Source: Mobula birostris
Taxonomy: Eukaryota
Direction of reading: 5' to 3'
NCBI RefSeq assembly: GCF_030028105.1
Contig: NC_092389.1
Location: forward strand, 16,355,180-16,419,179
Length of the DNA: 64,000 bases
The position numbers were made by a program, and so were the translations under genes. Every line of letters starts with the position of its first letter. The stretch's first letter is position 1. Positions 37,470 through 51,049 of the stretch are shown here, piece by piece. The notes under the pieces were generated by a model, which saw only the letters and a program-made list of their open reading frames with translations, was not told where the DNA came from and searched no databases.

Positions 37470-38503
37470 GGGGCTTAAAAGGGAATTAATTGAGCAGGTG
37501 GGGGAGTGGGACTAAATGGGAGAATGGATCAGCTGATGATGAAATGGTGGAGCAGACTTGATGGGCCGAATGGCTGACTTCTGCTCCTTTGTCTTATGGA
37601 CAATTAGATGGTACATTGCCAGGGTCAAGGATGTCTTGAATTGGGTCCATGTCATTCTAAAGGGGGAGGGTGAACAACAGGAAGTCATGCATATTGGTAC
37701 CAACGCAATAATTAAGAAAAGGGAGGAGGTCCTGAAGAGGGAACATATGGAGTTAGATTGAAGCTGAAATGCAGGAGCTCCAGGATAAGTAACCTGGATC
37801 GCAGCTTGTGCCACGTGACAGTGAGGGTAAGGATAGGATGATGTGGCTGAAGAATTAGTGCAGGGAGCTGGGTTTTAGATATCTGGATCATTGGAATCTC
37901 TTCCAGGAAAGGTATGACCTGTACAAAAAGGACAGGTTACACCTGATCCTGTGGGACCAGTATTCTTGTGGGCAGGTTTGCTACAGCTGTTGGGGAGGGC
38001 TTAAGATCATTTGACTAGAGGATGGGAACTGGAGTGATAGGACTGAGGATGGGGTAGTCGGTATACAAGCAGAGGCACTGTGTAGTGAGACCGTCAAGAA
38101 GAATAGGCAGATGATAGGGCAAAATTGTAGTCTGGGATGAGACAAAGTATAACAGAGCCAAAATCAGAAACTGATGAATACAGGACTGATGACATTATAT
38201 TTGAATGCACACAGTATACAGAATAAGGCAGATAATCTTGTAGCACAGTTAGAAATTGGTAGGTACAATGTTGTGGGCACCACTGAGTCGTGGCTGAAAG
38301 AAGATTATAGTTGGGAGCTTAACATCCAAGGATACACATTGTATCGAAAGGACAGGCAGGTAGGTAGAGTGAGAGGAGTGGCTATGTTGGTTAAAAATGA
38401 AATCAAATCCTTAGAGGTGACAGGATCAGAAGATGTAGAATCCTTGTAGGTAGAGTTAATAAACTGCAAGAGTAAAAAAAAAACACCCTGATGGGAGTTA
38501 TAT
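37470..38503 (+). mobile_element. CR1 3' tail followed by CR1 ORF1 (esterase) / ORF2 endonuclease start
   Basis: VMHIGTN; LYLNAHSIQNKADNL...GTTESWLK...IQGYTLYRKDR...GVAMLVK. Confidence 0.8.
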
Positions 38504-38504
38504 A

Positions 38505-39370
38505 CAGTGACATACAAAAGTTTGGGCACCCCAGTCAAAATATCTGTTACTGTGAATAGCTAAGTAAGTAAAAGATGAACTGATTTCCAAAAAGCATAAA
38601 CTTAAAGATGACACATTTCTTTAATATTTTAAGCAAGAAAACTTTTTTATTTCCATCTTTTACTGTTTCAAAATAACAAAAAAGGAGAAGGGCCCAAAGC
38701 AAATGTTTGGGCACTCTGCATGGTCAGTACTTAGTAACATCCCCTTTGGCAAGTATCACAGCTTGTAAACGCTTTCTGTAGCCAGCTAAGAGTTTTTCAA
38801 TTCTTGTTTGGGGGAATTTTGCCCGTTCATCCTTGCAAAAGGCTTCTAGTTCTGTGAAATTCTTGGGCCGTCTTGCATGCACTGCTCTTTTGAGGTCTAT
38901 CCACAGATTCTCGATGATGTTTAGGTCAGGGAACTGTGAGGGCCGTGGCAAAAACCTTCAGCTTGCGCCTCTTGAGGTAGTCCATCGTGGATTTTGAGAT
39001 GTGTTTAGGATCATTATCCTGTTGTAGAAGCCATCCTCTTTTCATCTTCGGCTTTTTTTTTTACAGACGGTGTGATGCTTGCTTCCAGAATTTGCTGGTA
39101 TTTAATTGAATTCTTCCCTCTACCAGTAAATGTTCCCTGTGCCACTGGCTGCAACACAAGCCCAAAGCATGATCAATCCATCCCTGTGCCTAACAGTTGG
39201 AGAGGTGTTCTTTTCATGAGATTCTGCACCCTTTTTTCTCCAAACATACCTTTGCTCATTGCAGCCAAAAAGTTCTATTCAAAAGGTTCGAAGGAACATC
39301 TAAACAAGCCTGATGCATTTTGGAAACAAGTCCTGTGGACTGATGAAGTTAAAATCGAACTTTTTGGAGA
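38505..39370 (-). mobile_element. Tc1-like (IR/DR type) transposon remnant with an inverted internal piece
   Basis: TA|CAGTG...AAAAGTTTGGGCACCC end with an internal repeat at ~38700; PSQFPDLNIIENLWIDLKRAV...KGDVTKY on minus; FWKQVLWTDEVKIELFG on plus at ~39290-39367. Confidence 0.85.
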
Positions 39371-39379
39371 AAAAAGGGT

Positions 39380-39660
39380 ACTCCTATGCCCCATCATTGA
39401 AATGTTTCCCCAAACAATTACCTCATTTTCAAGGATTCTTTATCTCATTATCTCATGTTTTCATTATTTATTCCTATTTATCTATACTTGCATTTGCAGT
39501 TTGTTGTCTTCTGCACTCTAGTTGATCTTTCGTTGATCCTATTATAGTTACCATTCTATAGATTTGCTGAGTATGCCTACAAGAAAATGAATCTCAGGGT
39601 TGTACATGGATATATAAATGTACTTTGATATTAAAATTTACTTTGAACTTTTGAACTTTG
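39380..39660 (+). mobile_element. Rex/Babar-like 3' tail
   Basis: AATGAATCTCAGGGTTGTA...AAATTTACTTTGAACTTT tail as at 11890-12190. Confidence 0.6.
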
Positions 39661-39959
39661 GTCTATGGCATTTCTAGATAGCGTATATTTTGCAAGCTGA
39701 CTTTTCTTTATTCAATGCTGTCAAGGTTTTTCTTTCAACTCTACTACAATATTGTGATGATAAATTTAAATCTTAAAAAGCGTAATATTTAAACAAATAA
39801 CAAGTGGCTTTGCATTTCTGTTAATACTCTTACTTATTTTAATTCCAGACTAAGCAAACTATGCATGAGATTAATTTTTCAGTAATTAGACCTTGCAAAT
39901 AGGCTTCAGTTTATGAGAAACCACAAACCCTGCATTTACAACGGATATAAATGTAGGTG

Positions 39960-40260
39960 ACTTGTCCCTGTTTCTATGACGTCGGTGGCTAATAGCTGGA
40001 TGACGATAGGCGCGGTCAAGCCAACAGCTTCACTCTGCGGAGCTCCTCAGGTGAAACAGGCTGGGGTTGTAGTTTTCTCCTTGAACAGGAAATTACTTGT
40101 GAAAGGGGTGGTGTGGGGTTAATGTCAGTGCCGTCCTGGGCGATAAGCGAGAGCTGCCTGAAGATCGGTTTGGCTTCCGGGGCTTCATCTGGGAGCAGGC
40201 CGCGGATAATCGCTGCAAACCGGCAGCTCGTTGTTAAGCAAATAAATAAAAACGCAACTG
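39960..40260 (+). promoter_or_regulatory. Putative AAMDC CpG promoter and non-coding first exon (donor CAG|GTGAAA at 40050/40051)
   Basis: Only CpG-rich non-repeat patch upstream of AAMDC; CRE-like TGACGTC at 39977-39983. The AAMDC ATG exon starts at an acceptor (AG 45181-45182), so an upstream exon is required. Confidence 0.55.
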
Positions 40261-40269
40261 TACTTAAAA

Positions 40270-40390
40270 TCCTGACGAAGGGTCTCGGCCCAAAACGTCG
40301 ACTGTACCTTTTCCTAGAGATGCTGCGTTCACCAGCAACATTGATGTGTGTTGCTTGAATTTCCAGCATCTGCAGAATTCCTCGTGTGTA
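40270..40390 (+). mobile_element. Penelope terminus fragment with hammerhead remnant (GAAA mutated to AAAA)
   Basis: CTGACGAAGGGTCTCGGCCCAAAACGTCGACT followed by the usual terminus; imperfect TGTAC.T.AAAT duplication. Confidence 0.7.
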
Positions 40391-40539
40391 CGTGAAATCG
40401 GCCTTTACTGCCGTGTTTCTGTTTGCCACGTCAGACCTGACCAGAACGCACTTGGTGAACTCGACCAAGTGTGACAGGGCAAAACTTCCCGCGCCTGCAG
40501 CAGAGCACACACAGTATATTCTGCTTTATTTAGTAGTAG

Positions 40540-41212
40540 TAGTCATACTTTATTGATCCCAGGGGGAAATTGGTTTTCGTTACAGTTGCACCATAAATAA
40601 TAAATAGTAATAGAACCATAAATAGTTAAATAGTAATATGTAAATTATGCCAGTAAATTATGAAATAAGTCCAGGACCAGCCTATTGGCTCAGGGTGTCT
40701 GACCCGCCAAGGGAGGAGTTGTAAAGTTTGATGGCCACAGGCAGGAATGACTTCCTATGACGCTCTGTGCTGCATCTCGGTGGAATGAGTCGCTGGCTGA
40801 ATGTACTCCTGTGCCCACCCAGTACGTTATGTAGTGGATGGGAGACATTGACCAAGATGGCAGGCAACTTGGACAGCATCCTCTTTTCAGACACCACCGT
40901 CAGAGAGTCCAGTTCCATCCCCACAACATCACTGGCATTACGAATGAGTTTGTTGATTCTGTTGGTGTCTGCTACCCTCAGCCTGCTGCCTCAGCACACA
41001 ACAGCAAACATGATAGCACTGGCCACCACAGACTCGTAGAACATCCTCAGCATCATCCGGCAGATGTTAAAGGACCTCAATCTCCTCAGGAAGTAGAGAC
41101 GGCTCTGACCCTTCTTGTAGACAGCCTCAGTGTTCTTCGACTAGTCCAGTTTATTGTCAATTCGTATCCCCAGGTATTTGTAATCTTCCACCATGTCCAC
41201 ACTGACCCCCTG
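40540..41212 (-). mobile_element. Young Rex/Babar-like LINE 3' end (copy 2)
   Basis: Near-identical to 32760-33312 and extends further 5'. Confidence 0.85.
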
Positions 41213-41929
41213 TGATCCCCCCCATTTTAGGTGTGCATTACTCTTGCTCAAATTTTCATTGGACCTGTATTTCTGTGGAGATACTTTTTTTTGACTTGTC
41301 TTTTTCCATCTTTTTTGAGCAATAAACTCTGCATCAGTTTTTTTTATTTAATTGCTTAGCAATGAGCTGCTGGTTTGCAGCGACCCGAAATGCCCTTAAT
41401 TTCTCCCTCCCCCCACAAATAGTGCTTGACTCGGAGTTCCTCCAGCACATTGTTGGTTGCTCCAGATTCCAGCATCTGCAATCTCTTGTGTCTCCTAATG
41501 GTTCGTGTTTTAAGTTAGGGAACTGCCTGATAGGATTAAAAATAATACTTATTTCTGCATTTACTTTGCAAATAGGTGGGATTATCACTGGGTAGCGTTC
41601 TTCAGTGTTAGGTTGTTATTGCTGGGGGAAAAACTCGTGGGAATTGAACCCAGGTCCCTGGTCACATGAAGCATTGGCTCTACTACCTGTGCATTCAACT
41701 GCATTTGCTCTGCATTGACTAAAAAAATCAAATCTTAATAAATCAAGCTGGTATGTTTTAGAGCCATAAATACAGCACAGAAACAGTCCTTCAGGTCTAC
41801 TGAATCTACACTGATGATTAATCACCCATTTTTTTAACTAACACTATCTTATATTTTCATCCTCTCATCGGCTCCAACCTCATGCCTCCAGATTCTACCT
41901 TTCACCTATGTATTAGTGGCCAACTAATG

Positions 41930-42080
41930 TACAGCCGCTTTTAGAATGTGGGAGAGACAGAGGCAGAGAAAATTGAAGTGGGAGAACTTGCAAAGTGCCA
42001 GCAGAGGGCACCAGAGGTCTCTGTTGTACCTGGGTTGCTGGAACTGTGAGGCAGCAGCTCTGTAAATGCTGCCACTGTGC
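41930..42080 (-). mobile_element. Decayed V-SINE/HE1-like SINE
   Basis: Reverse strand GCACAGTGGC...AGAGCTGCTGCCTCACAGTTCCAGCAACCCAGGT head. Confidence 0.55.
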
Positions 42081-43520
42081 AGCTCCTCACCTTCCAGTAT
42101 AAGGTTTTACTAAGAGCAAATATACTTTTAAAGAAAGATTGATAAAATGTGTTGGGGTTGAAGTAGGAGTTAGCTACTTAGCATTTGAGATTGTCTTTGA
42201 GTTATATTGTGACTGATTTGTGCCTCAAATGTCTATATTTGATGTTACATATTATAAATTTTTCAGTAAATTATCAATCTCAGACTTGAAATTTTTACTT
42301 AAACACTAGTACAGAACTTGGATGAAGAACTGTCTGTTTCCACTATACTATGAAACAAGTCTTCCTGCTTTCTTTCCTGAATAGCCTGCTCTGGGTTTGT
42401 GATGGTCTTTTTTTTTGTTTAGTCTTTTTACCATTTTAGCCTTCTCCAATTCCTACTTCCCAATCAATAACCAACCCCATATCACAAGGTTAATCCAATT
42501 CTGTGCATGTTAAGTTTTGTATATTATTTGTCAAAATTAATGAGAAAATTCCTAAATCAATAGATGCTCCATTGTGCAGAATGATGGTAATCTTTCTCAA
42601 ATGATAAAACTAGGTTACTCAGACATGATCTGGCCTTCGCAATTGGAACTCTCTAATCAGCACTCAGTTAATGATGGCATTTTTTTTCTGTTAACCAAAA
42701 CCTTCTGTGGATTGACCAATTGGGGATTATAACTTCAGCAAGTAGAAAACTCCAGGTATAAAGTAATTGTTATAAAATTTACCAGAATTTAAGTAGCAAT
42801 TTCAAAGGAAAAAAAACTTACTCATGGTCAAATGAGACCTTGATCAGAAAACTCAGCTTATAATTAACTGGGAAAACTAAGATTCATTAGTTAATGATCT
42901 TCCAGTTCATAAATCAAATTCCATTCAGTCACCACCACTTGTAAATACAGACCCAAATGCTCCCAGGTTTAGCATCTAATAAGTGATGGATTCGTTTCAG
43001 AAGAACACATTGCCACAGCATAGGAAAAGTAAAAAAATCAATATTAAGTCAATACTGTTTTTTTTCAAACTTCCACTACAGACATGGACAATGGCTTACA
43101 CGTAGAGGATGATCTTGTTGGAACCTGGACATGTGAAGTTAAATGCTGTCTTTGTTTCAAAACTTTATTGCAATGCAGTAAACAAGATGCAGTCAGGGTT
43201 AGACGTTTTTTTACACAGCCGGTACTGGAGGTCTATTTGAATCACCCCTAGTTATTCATTCAATTTTTTTTTGCTTATTTTCTTAACTTGGTGATCAGTT
43301 GGTTTATCTGGTGTATCATTTCTGTACTTTATTTTCTCTGCCTGTAGTTTTGTCCAATGGTAAATGAGTCTTTAAGTTGCTGAGGTGATCGTCTCAGACA
43401 TCCCACCCTGCAAAAACTCAGTTCAGGGAGGTTGCACCATCAATTTGCGGGAGACTTCCGGGAGGGGTGGGATGTCTGCAATAGAGTAGCTCCTTAGCAG
43501 CTGGCCAGCTAGTTTAAATA

Positions 43521-44513
43521 ACACACATCAAAGTTGCTGGTGAACGCAGCAGGCCAGGCAGCATCTCTAGGAAGAGGTACAGTCAATGTTTCAGGCCAAG
43601 ACCCTTTGTCAGGACTAACTGAAAGAAGAGTTAGTAAGAGATTTGAAAGTGGGAGGGGGAGGGGGAGATCCAAAATGGTAGGAGAAGGCTGGAGGGGGAG
43701 GGACGGAGCCAAGAGCTGGACAGGTGATTAGCAAAGGGGATACGAGAGGATCATGGGACAGGAGATCCGGGGAGAAAGATGGGGGGGGGGGCGGCAAACA
43801 GGATGGGCAAGGGGTATAGTCAGAGGGACAGAGGGAGAAAAAGGAGAGTGAGAGAAAGAATGCGTGTATAAAAATAACATGGGGTACGAGGGTGAGGTGG
43901 GGCATTAGCGGAAGTTAGAGAAGTCAATGTTCATGCCATCAGGTTGGAGGCTACCCAGACGGAATATAAGGTGTTGTTCCTCCAACCTGAGTGTGGCTTC
44001 ATCTTTACACCTTATATTCCGTCTGGGTAGCCTCCAACCAGATGGCATGAACATTGACTTCTCTAACTTCCGCTAATGCCCCACCTCCCCCTCGTACCCC
44101 ATCTGTTACTTATTTTTATACACACATTCTTTCTCTCACTCTCCTTTTTCTCCCTCTGTCCCTCTGAATATACCCCTTGCCCATCCTCTGGGTCCCCCCC
44201 CCCGCCCCTTGTCTTTCTTCCCGGACCTCCTGTCCCATGATCCTCTCGTATCCCTTTTGCCAATCACCTGTCCAGCTCTTGGCTCCATCCCTCCCCCTCC
44301 TGTCTTCTCCTATCATTTTGGATCTCCCCCTCCCCCTCCCACTTTCAAATCTCTTACTAACTCTTCCTTCAGTTAGTCCTGACGAAGGGTCTCGGCCCGA
44401 AACGTCGACTGCACCTCTTCCTAGAGATGCTGCCTGGCCTGCTGCGTTCACCAGCAACTTTGATGTGTGTTGCTTGAATTTCCAGTATCTGCAGAATTCC
44501 TGTTGTTTGTTGT
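43521..44513. mobile_element. Penelope-like insertion forming a ~1 kb inverted repeat
   Basis: Arms 43521-43974 and 44007-~44471 with a 32-nt spacer; GIY-YIG C-terminus at the centre; 13-bp direct repeat TAGTTTAAATAAC at 43510-43522 and 44514-44526. Confidence 0.9.
44375..44410 (+). ncRNA. Minimal type I hammerhead ribozyme motif in Penelope-like terminus (best copy)
   Basis: AGTC-CTGACGA-A-GGGT(CTCG)GCCC-GAAAC-GTC^GACT: helix I AGUC/GACU, core CUGANGA, helix II, GAAA, loopless palindromic helix III ACGU; predicted cleavage after C44406. Confidence 0.8.
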
Positions 44514-45189
44514 TAGTTTAAATAACGTTAGCTATGCTAATGAACGAACGACACCTGTTAAACTCACTTCAACATGTCTTTTACATTTTAACCCAGCACG
44601 GGCAGTAGAAAAGTCACTGTTGCAAACAGTGCAGCGAGCAACACTGTCATTATTTTGACCCCTATTAGGCAGGAGTACACTTTAGTGTAGTCTGGGGTGA
44701 CGTACGTTTTATATTTTTTTTGGAACACTCTGCCATGGCTCGCTCACTCGCTCTCAAGCGCTTTTGCTTGCTTTCTCACTTGCTCTCTCTCTGTCCCTCT
44801 CGCTCGCATGCTCTCTCTCATGCGCGCACTCTCTCTCGTGGTCGCTTTCGTGCTCTCTCTTGCTTTTCTCTCGCTCGCTCTCAAAAAAATTGATTTCCGT
44901 GGTATTGTATATAATTTGTGGGCATCAGGGAGCCACTATTAATATGCGGGAGACTCCCGGAAGTTCTGGGAGAGATGGGATGTCTGTCATCTCCAAACTT
45001 GAACAAGCAGACACTCAGATCCATTTTACTAATTTTAAACTGATCCTTTTTTTCCCTCACATTGTGGTAGAAGGTATTATTTAATCAGATAAACAATGTC
45101 CATACTTAAGTGCACCAAATATAGTATATTATGGAGTATATTGTATCTTTAGGAAGCTTAGTTGGATTTCTTACTTCAACAGTGAGTGA

Positions 45190-48337
<3,148 letters not shown>

Positions 48338-48596
48338 ACCATTCCACTCCTGAGGTTAATGACTTGAGCTTACCATAGGAGAATAACTCACTGTGTTTGG
48401 ATGCCAAGTTTTAGTTTTCTTTTATGTTTTTGATACAAGGAGCAAAATTTATAATGACTGTAGACTGAAAAGTAGAACAGATACTAAAAGATGTGTGAAT
48501 GTTTAATGCAGCTCAATATTCTATGACTTCTACTTCAAAGATTATTTGGACAGTCATGAAGCTGTGTTTAATTTCTATTTTTCTGATTGAATGCCT

Positions 48597-48602
48597 AATA
48601 AA
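48597..48602 (+). terminator. Candidate AAMDC polyadenylation signal AATAAA (others at 48831 and 49083)
   Basis: First AATAAA about 260 nt after the stop codon. Confidence 0.5.
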
Positions 48603-50259
48603 CATTCCATAGTGAATACTGCTAAAACTTTAATTGAGTTCTCAAATGACCTTTTCATGCTTTGGATTATAATTGCTGCTAGAAATTTGGAATATTTTCA
48701 TATGTACTTTTGTACATGCGGTAGTAGCTATTTTTAAGTGGAAGATCCCGCTGGGTGAAGAAGTGATTTTTTTTTCTTCTCTTCCCCCCACCATGCTAAC
48801 ATAACCAAATACCTGCTAACTGTCTTCAGTAATAAACACTAGTTATAACCTAGGTAACTAGTTTCACAAAATAAATCCTAAATCAAGATCAGAGCAAGTT
48901 CTCTGACAGTGATCAATGAACTGTTCATTAAGAACTGAACTATTCATTAAACTGACAGCATGGAACATCACCTAAATAACGTCAAAATAAATACAGTTTT
49001 GTTGAGAGCTGCTAATATACCATCTCATGGCCAGATAGTAAATAATGACCATTAATTCATCACAATTTATGCTGATGTATCTAATAAAGATTTCTTTAGG
49101 TACTTTGAATGGCAATGTTAGAAATTTTAGAACATTACAAATTGCTATGTAACACCACTACCCACCCAAGTTATTTTACATGTCTTTCACTATGCAATTC
49201 AATAGTCATATTGGTTATGGTTACTTAAACATCTAGCAGGAGGAGATGTCTCCAAGAATATCCTCATCTTCAACATTGCTGAAGTCCAGCAAATGAATTA
49301 CAAAGTTAGAGCGGTTGCAATCACCTTCAGTCAGAAGCAGACTGCCCATCATGTCGTTTTCCTGAGGTCCTTTCCATGGCACGTGTATCTTCAACAAAAT
49401 CAATTCATTTAATATGATCTCATATAAAGCCTGTGAGTCTCAGCAATATCCCAAATGGAGTAATGAACCTTATTCTCTAGAAGTGGGGTGTCCAGGGAGA
49501 GGTAGTACCTCTGATGAGGAGGCTTGTTGTGTCCATTCCAAGGTAGCTCAATCAACTTTGGTCCCTACTGGAACTCAGCTCTCACCTGTGGCTCCAAGTA
49601 GCTATTTGTATGCGACAGTGGCTACACCCTGATACACCACTTCAACAAGTGGGCTAAACCAGGTGAGGGTAGCTGGCAGTCTCATACCCAAGTGAGTTAG
49701 GGACATGCCTGTCCCAGCATGTGAAGTCAGCTCTGGTGAACTGGGCGGATGAGATCTACAGTGAGATGCAATGGCCAGGAAGGTGTTACTGCAACACTCC
49801 GTGGAGAGCGAAGGGCATGACAAGGCACAGAAGACATCATGGTCATCCACTGAAACAAAGGAAGACCGCTGTTTGTGACACTTATTTGTACCACTCTACA
49901 TGTACTTCTGAGGTCAAGAGAGTGGAACTGCCCCAGTGCAATGGCTTTTCCATTTTTCCAAATTCCTCCACAGGTTCCCTGACGTTGTTGGACATGGTGG
50001 ACTACCACCATACCACTAGAAGTAATCACACCACTAGACAAGTCATTCAATCATAGTTATGGAATCAGTATTGATCCAAAAATATGTGCCTCTCCACATT
50101 GAATAGGACAAACCCAATCAAGCTAGTTATTGTCCCTTCTGCTCCTTTTATTAGTAAAGGACTAAATAAACCCTTGTTATGGTAGTACATGGGAGACTTC
50201 TTCAAAAGGCCAATGAAGCCAATGGGAATCCAGGGTAAATTGGCAAATTTGATCCACAA

Positions 50260-50478
50260 ATAGAAACATAGAAAACCTACAGCACAATACAGGCCCTTCA
50301 GCCCACAATGCTGTGCTGAACATGTACTTACTTTAGAAATTACCTAGGGTTAGCCATAGCCCTCTATTTTATCTAAGCTCCATGTACCTATCCAGGAGTT
50401 TCTTAAAAGATCCTATCATACCTGCCTCCACCACTGTTGCCAGCAGCCGCATTCCACACACTCACCACTCTGTCTGTC

Positions 50479-50509
<31 letters not shown>

Positions 50510-50635
50510 TAGAAAAAAATTACCCCTGACATCTCCTCTGTACCTACTTCTAAGCACCTTAAAACTGTGCCCTCTCGTGTTCGCCATTTCAGCCCTGGAG
50601 AAAAAGCCTCTGACTATCCACACGATAAATGCCTT
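50260..50635 (-). mobile_element. CR1 3' end with internal (TG)n
   Basis: Same tail as 9607-9920 and 10350-10726; [15 protein letters not shown] motif. Confidence 0.85.
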
Positions 50636-51049
50636 AATAGGTTGAAGATGTAGGACAGAGTGATGGGAGATGGATTTTCTGATTGGAAGTATGGTATAAT
50701 GTACCATAGATATTGGTGCTTGGCTCCTTATTATTTGTAATATACATTAATAATCTGAATTTGAATATAGGAGTTATGATCAGTAAGATCACAGAAAACA
50801 AGTGACGATAGGAGGAAAATATTGGGCCATTGATCAGTTTGTAAAATGAGCAGCACAATTTATAGATAGAGTTTTATCTAGATACACTTTAGGATCAATA
50901 ATAAGGGCGGGACACAATGAAAGGTACAGATGGACCTTGTGCACATCTAAGGGTTGCTGAAGGTGGCTGCAAGGGTAAAGAGAAGAAAAAAAAGTACAGG
51001 ATTCTAACTTCAGTATCTATTATTTACTATTTCCTTTATATTTTCACAG

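Larger units (their letters stand above)
43395..44986. mobile_element. hAT-like non-autonomous element (11-bp TIR CAGACATCCCA) interrupted by a Penelope inverted repeat
   Basis: CAGACATCCCA at 43395-43405 and TGGGATGTCTG at 44976-44986; flanks TCGTCTC / TCATCTC resemble a decayed ~8-bp TSD. Confidence 0.65.

Noticed and set aside
9510-44500. Recurring ~36-nt motif as a CRISPR repeat
   Set aside because: Copies are dispersed on both strands within longer homologous termini, with no spacer array or cas genes, in eukaryotic DNA.
43509-44521. Repeated ORFs such as [15 protein letters not shown] as a small protein family
   Set aside because: These are translations of the non-coding Penelope terminus on either strand.
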